Assembly (NCBI GenBank): GCA_013239625.1
Contig: MU056050.1
Span: forward strand, 2,156,084 to 2,220,083
Direction of reading: 5' to 3'
DNA length: 64,000 nt
Source of the DNA: Lama guanicoe
Taxonomy: Eukaryota
Positions 52,229-64,000 of this stretch are shown piece after piece. Each line of letters begins with the position of its first letter. The first letter of the stretch is position 1. Under the pieces are notes generated by a model. That model saw only the letters and a program-made list of their open reading frames with translations. It was not told the DNA's origin and did not search any database. A program made the translations under genes and the position numbers.

Positions 52229-55200
52229 ATTTTGAAACTGGCTACTCTTGACCATCCTGGCTTCACAAATACTAATAGTTAATATTGCATTTGCGTTTTT
52301 GTTCCTAATACTCCTTAGGAATACAGTTGACATTTTAGTCAGTGCCAAATAGCTGATTTCTGATGAGAAATAACTGACAGCCTTCCTTTCTGAACACATA
52401 AAGTACTTTAAGGATTATACCACTTGCAAATATTTTGATTGTATTATTCCGCAATGTCTTGCTGATATCGACAGGAGGTTGTAATTTTTTAATCTGAAAT
52501 TTATTTCCTTTGTAAAACATTCATGGAACTGCTAAGCAGCCCAGAATCCAAGTCCTTCCAGACAAATGCTCCCCCTGCTGACTTTCTCTGAAGCTGCAGG
52601 GACATCTGAGGGCTAGCCAAGTTGCAGACATGAGGGTCGAGGGAGTTATAACAAAGAAATGGAAAGAACACACTAACTTGAACCTGATTATTGCATACAG
52701 ATTATTCCAAGGGCACCATTCTCCCGTTAAGTTTTCAAGATATCAAATACTTGGGAGAAGCAGGCAGGGGATCTGTCCAGGTTAGTAGAGACATAGATCT
52801 TCCTTTAAAATGGAAAGTATGCACAGAAGAATAAAATACACAAAGGATATAAAATGAATGGGATCAAAGACAACAGGAGTTTGGGGCTCTATTTAAAGCA
52901 ATATCCTTTCCTTCGCTGATGTATGACCAGTGTCTTCATCCTACTGCAAATTCACTTCAAAGCGGTAGTGAGGTGGTAGTAAATTAATTGTAATAGCAGG
53001 ATTTTTATTACAACAATTTCATGACTTTTCTGGCTGAAAGCCATAGTTTTCAGTCTCTGAGAGATGGTTAGTTATTCCCATCAGAGAAGACTATAAGAGC
53101 CAAAGACTGATTCCACACATTTTTAAAAAATCTGTCATAGATACAGCATTGAATGGAGTGTAGAAATGATGCATACTTTGGAAGAAAGAAGAAGGGGAAG
53201 AAGGAATGATAAAGAGTTTGTGCAAAGGAGGAGTGGTTTGCAGTTCCAGCCCTTCATCTTGTGAAGCTAGTAAAGTGCAGATTTCAAAATTTACTTACAG
53301 GATGAAGGTTACAGCACATAGCTCACTTTTATTATCATTTCAGAGGCCGTAAAATCCATTTTATTATTAACTCAGAAACTCTAGTTTCTTATGAGCACAG
53401 ATAACATGAGCATTGTATATTATTTTGCAATGCGTTTATGTCTGTTCTTCTCTTGTTGCTAATTTACTTTCATTAACTTCATGCTTCCTCTTACATTTCT
53501 TCAAAACTTATGATCAGTTCCTTTAATGCATTTTTATAAATACTAAATGTACAGCATCTCACAGCCATTTCATTATGCTAACCTCAAAATCTGCCTTGTG
53601 CAACAAAACTGTTTGAAATGAATGTTAAACATTCTGAAGCTGCATTAATGGAAGGAAAGATACTGGAAAATGACAGGTCTTTTCTAAGTCAACTATAAAG
53701 TCTTGTCTTGTTTTAATAGATCCTTTTAAAAATGTGATGGGGCTGACCCATCAGTCACTTTTTATATAGCCTCCATGTGAAATGTGGCTTTAAATGGCTA
53801 TAGTCTCACTAATGAGAAAAGGGAAATGTGAAAATTCTTATAAGAGCTTCTTCTCTATGAGTTCTGTTGCACATTTTCTCAGTGGAAGGATTTAGGCATC
53901 CATGCCATACAAGGAAAGAAAATGGTAGAAACTTCACCAAGACTCTTGTTAAAGCTACTACTGTCTTGAGGGGAGAATGTTGAATGCAAGGTTGTGCATT
54001 CGACACTGATTCCAAGGAAGCTCCTTTTTCCATCTACACTGATGCTTGTAGATACTATTTTACCACTTCTATGTGGATGTTCACCAAAATTCTCCATTCT
54101 CATAGGTCTATCACGATATTAACTACACAACTGCCAAAATCAATAGTCATGTCAACAAGGGGCCATGAAAATGACCATTTTGCATTTAAGTTTATTTTCA
54201 GTCATGTCAACAGCCAACCTCAGCTGAGTCATACAAATCAACTACATGATTATCTGAGTCAGCTATTAAGGTGGCCAAAATTACCAGATTATGATGTGCA
54301 GGCTTGATTTTAGATCACACAGACATAGCCATAGTCCATTAGCCTCAATAGAATGGCACAAGTATAATTTCCATAAATTACTGTATTCTCCTCTACATTT
54401 CAAGTAGACAATACATAAACTACCATTAGTATTCACAGCAGCAGAATACACCCTTTTCCATACCAAACCAGGATTCTGTAAATACTCCAAAAAGCAGTTT
54501 TTCCCCTTGGTCTCAGTAAAACCTCATCATTCCAAATGAGGATGACATTCACAGTTCCATTCCAAATGAACAACAGATAATAAACAATAATTATCCAAAC
54601 ATGTTTGGCTTTCCTACAACTATATTTCTCAGTGTTTGTAGGAAAATTGCTCCTTCTATAATTTACATATCATTCTGGATTTTCTTATACAAATATGAGT
54701 ATTTTACACTACAAGAATTTGGATATATCTTTCCTATTGTATAAGTAGAGATGATTTATTTCCTATTTCTCCTCTTTCTGCTTCTGTTTCTTTATCTGTA
54801 GAATGCCTCCATTCTCTCAGCCATAAAATATTAAGGATGGAGGATTAAAAGAGTTGACACATGTAAACAATTAGAACAGAGTCGTGTATAGAAGTCCTCC
54901 TTAAGTGTTAGCTATTGTTATCATTTTTATTACCCTATTACTACAACTGCTACTTTGAGCATTCATCTTTTATACAGTGAAATTATTTCCAGAGTCAGAT
55001 CAGCCCAGAATAAATGAAATGTATATGGCAACAATGAAGAAAGACTATGAAAGGTTCAAATTCATAATTGAAATGTTCTGTATACTTTTAGCATTTGGAA
55101 ATGTGACACATTCTGACTCATCCAGATATTTTTATGTCTTCTGATTAAAAGGGAAATGTTTCCAGGTGAAATCCTGAGAGAGTATAACTACTAGTTAGAA

Positions 55201-55909
55201 AAAAATCTTTTGCAAAGCAGATTTTCACATCCGAAAGGCTAAAAGTGATTATGTTCAGAAGTAAATAAGTAAGGCTCGTTTTAAGCATCTGGAGACCAAG
55301 GGGAATTACAGGCTTTAAAAAACCAAGTAGTTTTGTTTATAGTTAATCAATAAAGAATATTATTTATCAAAACACCTGCCAAAATTATTTGATCAGAGTG
55401 TAAAATCTAAACCAACTGAATTTTCCAGAGGCTAATAAAAAGGTTACCTTGGGATGCAGGAATTTAAATTGGCTTCAAAGCGGTAAAAATGCGAGTACAG
55501 ACAGGGAAGAGCTTGATTTGCCAGCTTTCAGCCCAGAACTGCCCTCTTCCCCCAGAGCCTGAGGACGTGCCAGACTCCTATGCCTATTCTTGACTCTATG
55601 ACAGAGTGGGTTCTTTTCCTGTTAGCTTTTCTGGGCATGAGAGAACATAGCCTCACCAGGATGGAGCGCTGCCACAGAGCAGGACTATCCTAGAGATAAT
55701 GTGACAATGCTTTATAAAATCTAGGGACCAGATTTCATGTCTGCAGACAGAGCCAGCCTTCAGCAGCATCATGAAGGAGATGAAGTTTCCTCCATACAAG
55801 CCATTACCCATTACTGAACATTCAGCGCCCTCATACTGCCCCTTCACTTCCCACAGACCCTCTCCGTGAGTAGCACTCATCACGTAGGACCGTGACACCC
55901 AATCCTGCT

Positions 55910-56049
55910 GCTTAGACCCTACCCCCAGAGATGCTGCTTTAATTGGCCTGGGGTGGAGCCTAGGCATTTTGAGGGTTGTTTTGTTTTGTTTTATTTTGTC
56001 TCAAGCTCCCCAGATGACATTGATGTGCAGGCAGAGTTGAGAATCACTG
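55910..56049. mobile_element. MER5A-like relic
   Basis: acccccagagatgctgctttaattggcctggggtggagcctaggcatttt...aagctccccagatgac...ttgagaatcactg. Confidence 0.7.
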
Positions 56050-56766
56050 ATGTAGAAGGAGAATGGTATTTTCCAGTTTGATCTGCAGACCACTGCAATA
56101 ACCAGTGGTGCTTAAGAAGCACAGATTTTTGAGTGCTCAGATATTCTGAATCTGCATTGTAATAAACACCCCCAATGCATAGTTATACTAAAGAATAAAA
56201 TTTTTCCTTATTGAAACTTACCCATCTTCTGTCCCATTCTCCACTAATTGGATTGACTAGTCCAGGAGAACAGGATAATGGGTGCCATTGCAGTAAAGGG
56301 TTGCATTTTGACCGAGCCTCCTGAAGAAAACTCAGAGATGATTTCACTCGTAAGAATTTCTATGGCAGGCCAGTGAGGGTGGTTTTATTCATTTTGGTTA
56401 TTTGGGGAAGGGGAGGGTAGTACAGAAGAGACATTTTAGTGTCTCTCAAATCCTATTACACAGGTAGTTTTCTACTTTACTTGAGGCCTGTCCTGTGTGT
56501 TGAGTCTTAGTTTGTAAAAGGGAAGACTTTGAATCCCTGGATCTAAACTTCTGAGCCTCACCAGCCATTTATTTACATGAAGACAATAATAAATATTATT
56601 TTATGGCGCCTTGCCTCTTGGGTGACCAGCTCCACAAAATGGCAATGTCTATATTAAGTTCATGAAATCCAGAGTGAATAGTGCTTATTTACTAACATCT
56701 ATCCATCTCTCTTCAAATATGGAAAGGTTTTTGAGTCTGTGTTTCTCCCATGACATCACCTTACAT

Positions 56767-56941
56767 CAGTGTTTCCAACCTTGGCTGCACATGGTAATCA
56801 CCTGGAGAGATTTAAAAAATACATGTCTGGGTCCCATCTCTCAGGTTCTGATTTCATTGGTCTTGGGTAGGCCTGAGCATGAGAGATTTTTTTAAAGATC
56901 CCAGGTGATTCTGATGTACAGAAAGGACTAAGAGCCACTTG
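56767..56941. mobile_element. MER5A-like relic
   Basis: cagtgtttccaaccttggctgcacatggtaatcacctggagag...ttctgatttcattggtcttggg...cccaggtgattctgatgtacag...agagccact. Confidence 0.75.
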
Positions 56942-57322
56942 CCCTAAAGGAAATAGAGCAGGGTTCCACAGTTGTGCCCAGCAAAATGCACAGGAAGAGA
57001 ATCAGAGGACAATTACTACATCTAAGAAGGAGCTGGTACAAAGCAGATATTTTTAACCTGTGATGAAATCAACAAGCCTGCTTTGAAAACCCACATAGGC
57101 CTGAAGAGTGCTATGCCTGTACCATCATCACATGCCATCATGACATGGGTGCTGCTGTCAACTTGTTCCTTTTGTTTGATGTGTTAATTCCCTGACATCA
57201 TATACGTCCCTCTTTCATCAGCTACCCTGAAACCATGCCTCTTTCCAAAAATAAAGATAAGGATTTCTTAAACTGAAATCTGGCCACTCTGGGTCTGGAC
57301 TGGTCTTTGTTTTGTTTTGTAG

Positions 57323-57521
57323 ATCACTCTCCGGGCGCATTGTTGGAGGGGTTTGGTGGTTCTTCACCCTGATCATAATTTCTTCCTATACTGCCAATCT
57401 CGCTGCTTTCCTGACTGTGGAGAGAATGGTTTCTCCCATAGAGAGTGCTGAAGACTTGGCTAAGCAGACTGAAATTGCATATGGGACCCTGGACTCTGGC
57501 TCAACAAAAGAATTTTTCAGA
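57323..57521 (+). CDS. GRIA3: GluA3 coding exon (exon 12 equivalent): M3 gating helix and start of S2
   Basis: Acceptor ttttgttttgtag|, 199 nt (R)[66 protein letters not shown], donor |gtaagt; phase 2/0 matches the previous exon; iGlu[10 protein letters not shown] motif. Confidence 0.99.
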
Positions 57522-60500
57522 GTAAGTGCTTTACAATTAATTGGGCCTGCTGGTTTTTATTTTATCATCTGCTCACAAAGGCAAATTCACAGTGTTTTAA
57601 AGGAGGGTTGGGGAAGGGTGGGGGGAATGTTATCAAAGCAGAGCATCTTAAATACACCAAGCCACTTGCTTGATGACCTAATTCATTGTCCTTTGGCTCT
57701 AAGAGTTGTGTTTGACATAACACGTGGCATATCAAGAACAGAAAGTTTGAACCACAGGTTTGAATCCCAACCCTGCCACAAAGTGATTGTTTGTCCCTGG
57801 GCAAGTCATTTAACTTCTGTCGGCCTTGGTCCCCTTACTTGAATGATGACGGGATTGAACTAAATAATACCTATTCTCCTTTATAGCTTTTACAAAAGCA
57901 GTGATCTTATGTCTCAGCAGTTCACAGAAGTTAGGTAATTGATTCTGACTAAGAATCTGAGGAGTGATGGACTATAAAATTACATATTCTATTTTAGACA
58001 TTGGTTTTCTATTGAAATGTATTACAGTTGTTTCAAGTATTCATGTATATATTGATAATTCCATTTTCAGGGAAGCCAATAATTGTTTTAATTTCTTGAG
58101 TAGATGTATCTCCCCCCGTCCACCTCCACGTAGGCCAAATCTTAGTAGGGAAACAGCAAGTTGTTCACTAGCAAAAATTAGTAAAGCATAAGTAGTGTCA
58201 AGGAGAAAGATTAAAGGAGATCAAAGCAGAAAATTATAGAAGGATAATATGATGGAAAAACCGCTTTTACATAAACTATCAAGCTCTTTGTTCTGTAGCA
58301 ACTGGTCTATAAGAAAGGCTACCAATGGAGTGTTTAAGAACTCAAGTGTTTTTTCAGTTGGCTTAACCAGGAAAATATGGTGGTTTCAATGAGAAAATGG
58401 ACCCATTCATTACATACCACTCCCTGCTACTGTAACCCCTGTCACTGGTTCTAACAATGATCCAAAAGCCACGTGAATGGTAGGTAAAGAGGAAAAGTTT
58501 TAGTCATTCTCTCCAACCGATAATCAAGTTATTGGATGGCAGGTATAATTACTGACTTTTCATCAAAGATCCACAGTAAACAAATGTTAATTCTAAACCA
58601 GCTTGTCTTGAGAAATCAGTAAGGAATATATTTCTCCATATATTATCATGGGATTTGTCCAATTGTTTCATGGGAAACCAGGAGGAGTGTGTTTCTTGAA
58701 ATTATAGCAGTTAACTGAAAACTGTTTTCATTGCCTAAAGGAGAAATGGTTAGTTCTGAGGCCCTTTCAAGAATTCTCACTGGCTCAGGATATCCCTGTC
58801 TCACCTCTACCACTGTTTATGGAACAGTTCATAATCCCCAGCCAGGGAGAGGGGTCCAGTGCTAGAAGCATCAAAATGATATGAAGATCCTCCGGAACTA
58901 ACCTGGCCTTGACCCTTACTTATGATGGTAGTTCCAGAAGCTTATCTGGGAATAATCCTCTGCCCTCGTGAAATCACTCTCACGTTTCAGGGCAGGAAGC
59001 CAGGGATTTCCATCTGCTGAGTAGTCAGCACATAATTGGCTCCATGGAAATCTGGTTTGGTATCAACCTTCAGCACAGCTTATGTTCAACATCCCAATAA
59101 GCATCAAGTTGCTATATGCAGTAATTGACCCCTTAAGCTACCAAGACCCCACACTTGGATCCTCTGATAAAGGATACTTGTTCTACCAGAAAGCATTTTT
59201 CCTTCAACGACTTTTAGAAATTGGGAAGTCGTGCTTTAAATGGTAATCGATCGACGGCATCAATTCCCATTAACCTTCCAAAAGCCATTCATCCATATTG
59301 CAGGCAAAGGAGGCTCTCTGGGAGGACTGATTAGCGCAAAGGCTTGAAAGCGTGACCAAATAGTCCTTGTTCCCATGCCCAGACCCCATTCCCCGCTACA
59401 TTTTGTGTCTTTCTCAAAAACCAGGAAAGCATCTATTAATGCATACAATGGTGGTTTCATTATAAACCATCTTATTACCAGAGCCAATTTGAATCCACAT
59501 TTGATTCTGAGCAAAGCCATTGCCACATTCTAATTGGTTTGCGGTTCCTAATGCTCACCAATTCCTGGTGACCTTTATAGCCAACGAGTAATTCCTATGG
59601 AAATAGAGCTGTTTTAAAAATCTGATTAGAAAAGGAGCTGCATATTTCCAGGCATAAGGAAGTGCAAATCATTTTCTAATTCCTGCATACCACATTTTCC
59701 TTTTCCTCAGTTGGTCGCTGGTTACAGCAGTCAGGACTCTGTGGGGAAATTCTTTAGGACAGCACACACAAGTTGACCTAAGAGTGAAACTGAGCAGTAT
59801 AGGACAATCAACTCTTAGCCTGCTTGGACTGAAGATGTTATGTAAACCTAACAAAGGGAATGCTTGGTATTCATATAATACAGGGGACCCCAACCAATTG
59901 ATCTCTAAGCCATTTGTCTTCTACTGTACCCCTCCTTGAACCCCATAGATCAGAGAAGGTAGCCAGTAAGAACACATCGTCTCTTACTCAGGGACTTAAA
60001 TGCCATAGCATGCCACTTCCCCTCCACCATCCATGATCTCAAGTCAATTTTAAGAACAGTGACTACTCCACACACACACAAAAATGGAGGACCCCTGATA
60101 GTATGCCTTCTGAACTTTAGAGGCTAAAACAAGACCACATGCAACATTTACAAACATAACATTAGCTAGTTTCTTTGCATTCTCACTCCATATTAAAACC
60201 ACAGGGACCAAATAGTAATACCATAGAACAGCCTGGGGGCAGCCCTCTAGTGCTTCCACTAAGAGAAAAATAAATAAAATAAAATTCCTTTCTAATTGCC
60301 CTGCAGACATTTTTACTTGTCCTGGGTAAGGCTGCCATTAAAATGATGATTTCATAAAATGATTTCTTTTGTTTCTCTCATTTTTCTGAGCCATCCTCAG
60401 CTATTATCTCACAATCACTTAAAGTCACTGGCACAGAGGGACCTGTTCCATCAGGAAAGGCAGGGAGGGACTGAGCAAAATGCATGCAGCTGGAAGAGAC

Positions 60501-61244
60501 ATCTGAAATATTACCATCAACCCTCTTGACTTGAAAACAGATTTCCTTAGACAGCAGCTCCAAAACTAAATGTCCCAACCAGAGGCGGAGGCACCCATGC
60601 TAAAAAAAACAAGTCGACAGCTTCACTGTCATTGCCCAGAGAGATGCCACTATGATTTGGAAAGCTGCACCGAAATGATCATTCTCCACCGGGCTTTGAA
60701 ATTTTAACCTGATACAGATTCATGTTAAAAAGTAGCACTGGGAGAAAAAGCGATTCCAAAATTCTCTCTGCCATCAGAGCCCTAGAATTATTAGCAGACA
60801 ACTACAATGCTTGGTTTCTTGTCCAGATACTTGGCCGTATCCCCACTGAAGATAGTTCAGGAGATAAAAGGAGGTTGGTTTTTTAAATGAAGTGTTTAAT
60901 ACTAATTTAAATCCCTTTAAGGAAAAAATATAAGTAGAGAGGAATGAGGAGAGACGTGACTTGCTCCGATGCCCCAGGCAGGGCAAAAGAATTGAACTTT
61001 TATCTGGAGACCACCGAGGGAACTGCCCTGGCTTCTGAGCTGCAGACATTGTAAGCCCCACAAAGCACAGTTGAATTACTCATGGAGAATGTTTTGTCTC
61101 AACATTAGACTCTGTAACTGTTGTCATTGGTCATTTTAATTTTTAATTTTTTTGAAGTGCAGGTGGCAAAAAGAAGAGCCCTACCAAACTGATGGGGAAA
61201 TAATTCCTCTAAGGCTACTTATATTCCGCTTACATGTTCAGAAG

Positions 61245-61255
61245 CTCTCTCTCTC

Positions 61256-61300
<45 letters not shown>
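61245..61300. repeat. (CT)n-(CA)n compound microsatellite
   Basis: ctctctctctcacacatacacatacacacacacacacacacacacacacacacaca. Confidence 0.95.
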
Positions 61301-61301
<1 letters not shown>

Positions 61302-64000
61302 GCATTTTTAAATTGGACTCCACGTTTCAACATTTATTGGTTATCTGTTATAGGGCTTTTGAAGCATAGGGGGAAAGAAAAACAATCTCTCCACAAATGC
61401 ACCGCTGCTGAGTATGCATATCCAGAAAACAGACCATTAATTATTATTACAACTGAGTTATGTACACAACAGACCTCCCTTACCCCTTAACATATCCCCT
61501 TGCCTTAGGAAGCACATCAAAATGTAAAAATTCCTTTGTTAAAAGTGTTCTCACCAAATACTGTGATGAATCTGAGATCTTGGCAATGTACCTAACAGCT
61601 GCAACCAAATGTAATTTATTTGAAGACATATAGGATGTGACCAAATGTTTGAGGACCACAAACTACACACTAGGAAACACATAACAGCAACAATAGGAGA
61701 TGAGTTGAACAACAAGGAACGGTAGATCAGAGACATTTATTGTATATGCTACTTGGCAATTTTTGAAAAGAAAATTTGTTTTTTAATGTTGGTGTGGCTG
61801 TTTTGATGCTGCCTTATCCCCCCAAAAATCTTATTTTCCTGTGTCACATAATATATTACACAGCAAAACTCATAGACCTTATAGGTCAAGACTGGAGGTG
61901 GAGCAGCATGTACAATGTGAGGATGCTGTGGCCTGGCCAAATGGGCCTCTGAAAAAGGGAATGATGCCTTCAGACAGCTGTTGGCTTTTCCCATCCCTCA
62001 GCAGCCAGGGATCTGTGGTTCCCTGGGTTTCCTTGCAGGCAAGTCTCAAGCTGTGTGGAAAGGACACTCTCCAAGGAAGTAGAAGTTGGCCTGACAACTA
62101 TGCACACAAGACACCTAATATCTGTCCCCAAGAGAAAGGAGAAAATGAGGCAAAAAAGACAAGCTAATAATAATGCCCTAGATTCTAATACTTATTCATC
62201 ATTCTTTCAATAACTTTTTTGTTTTTAGCACATTCCCCCTGTGCCAAGCTCCAGGCTAAGCACTGAAGATCCATCTCTATAAACAAAATTAAATTTCTGC
62301 CTTTTGCCAAATCACATGAAAATAACTAAATAGGCTTTTTCACTATATTTGGAAGTTATCTGGGGGAACAGATTGACTTAAAATATAAGCATCTCACAGA
62401 ACTAGATGATCATCTCTCCAGGGCAGCTGATGGGGTTTATCTCTACGGAGCTACTTCCCAGCATGTGCTAATCTCCAGGTATGCTCCGTGGTAAATAACA
62501 GTCCAGTTAATGATTCTCTATAACCTCAGTAGGAAGGTCAGCTGGGTGATGAATAAAACAGAAATGGCCTCTACCTTCTGGGAGCTCACAATCTAGTAGG
62601 CAGTTGATTTTCAACACATGTTCACATACATTCCCATCTTCTAGTCACACAACAATCCTGCCCTGCAACCACAACAGATATCATTACACCTACTTCAGAG
62701 AGGAAAGACCTGAGAGGCAGGATGATGCTGTGACTTGCTGAAAGTCACTCAGCTCAGTGGGCATGAGCTAGAATTCTGAGTCCAGATTGATGCTCTGAGT
62801 CCAGATTGGGTCCTCTGAGCATTCCATCTCGGTGCCTTTTTGGTGTGAGTGTTCATAGAAACATGGGATGTTACACATGAGTCAAGCCTCCAGGGTAGCA
62901 CATGTTAAGGCTTCTGTATCATCTCCTGGTTGATCTTTCTTTTAGTCCCCTGATGGATCAATTAGAAAAGGAAACCTATACATACTTTTATGTGACTTTT
63001 TCCCATGCCCTGACAATTTCAAAGGGATCCAAGATAAGAAAGCAAAGAAAAGGAAGACATCCAGAAAACAAGGATGAATGTCACAAACGCAGCAAACCTC
63101 TCGCATTCATGGCCCATTGTAGCTTCCGATATGACAAGGGTTATGTCATGATGTGACAAAAATGGGAAAGAACAAGAGAGAAGATGAAAATAATTTCTAG
63201 CTCCATGTCCACTGATGACTTTCTTGTTTTCCTTTGGGTAAGGGGCATTTGGGCTCAGTTTCCTCATCTATCAGGGGGATTACTCCCTGCTCTACCTTCT
63301 TTATGGGGTTGGTAAGAGGATCTCACAAAACGCTCTTTAACTGTATGAAAGGTTCTACAAATCCCAAGAGACTTTAGGAAAAGGACCCAGCAATAGGGCA
63401 ACTGAAGCATAAAGATTGTCCAAACAAGGCTCTGTGGAGATGGGAGGGAAGGGTACTTCTTGAAAATAAAATAAAATAACCTCTGCTTGCTCGATGGAAG
63501 AGAGGTGAGGGTTTGTTTTTTTTTTTCTGGCTTTGGGAGGAGAGAGAAAGCTCATTTATATCCTTCCCCCATCCTCCTGATCCCATTCCTACCCCTATAA
63601 TAAAATATGACTACTGACCTCATCTCTTAGTCAGTCTGTCTTCAGCCATACCTTTGTGGTCCGCAGATTCAACAACTTCAGCATGTGTAATTTAAAGCTG
63701 CCCTTGAAGACCACCTAGAAACTTCAGGTGCGTCCAAGGTGGCATGCAGGCCATCTGCCCAAAGTAACCAACCATATGGATTTCATTAGCCCATCTCTGT
63801 GAGTCTTCCCAGGTAACCTACTTGCTTTTGAGAGCATTTCACAGTTCAGAACACCTGGGTCAGGGGGTGGGCGTGGTTAAGTCTCCCTTCTCTTTGAGGC
63901 TGCCAACTCTCTCTGGCCACATCAGGATAATTAACATCACACAGGACTCCTAAATCTTTGTGAGAACTCTGAAAGTCTCTTCCCTTGAGGAACTCATTTC

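Noticed and set aside
57522..57842. Exon 12 frame reading through more than 100 codons into intron 12
   Set aside because: The exon has a consensus GTAAGT donor and the extension runs into a MIR relic; no evidence of coding function.
57522..64000. Exon 13, R/G editing site and flip/flop exons
   Set aside because: No sequence encoding the next S2 segment was found; these lie beyond the window.

Overview
Mammalian genomic DNA containing the middle of GRIA3 (AMPA-type glutamate receptor subunit GluA3) on the + strand. Eight coding exons (54, 162, 168, 105, 108, 207, 377 and 199 nt; equivalent to human exons 5-12) all have AG/GT boundaries and join into one open frame of 460 codons. This covers the late amino-terminal domain, ligand-binding S1, M1, the M2 pore loop with an unedited-type Q/R site (FMQQG), M3 (SYTANLAAF) and the start of S2. 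The start, flip/flop and last exons lie outside the window. About 98% of the window is intron, rich in MIR, L2, L1, MaLR and hAT/MER relics. Two young tRNA-Ala-derived SINEs with clean target-site duplications resemble the camelid Vic-1 family, suggesting alpaca/camel. There is one 180-N gap. The main unexplained structure is a highly degenerate array of about nine ~250-bp units in intron 5 (about 20.0-22.2 kb), whose units have an exon-intron-like layout. The intron just downstream of the Q/R exon carries a dense YCAY (NOVA-type) cluster, a strong cryptic donor and a possible decayed editing-complementary sequence. Repeat family names come from recognition by eye and need RepeatMasker confirmation. 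Most ORF-track entries are spurious.
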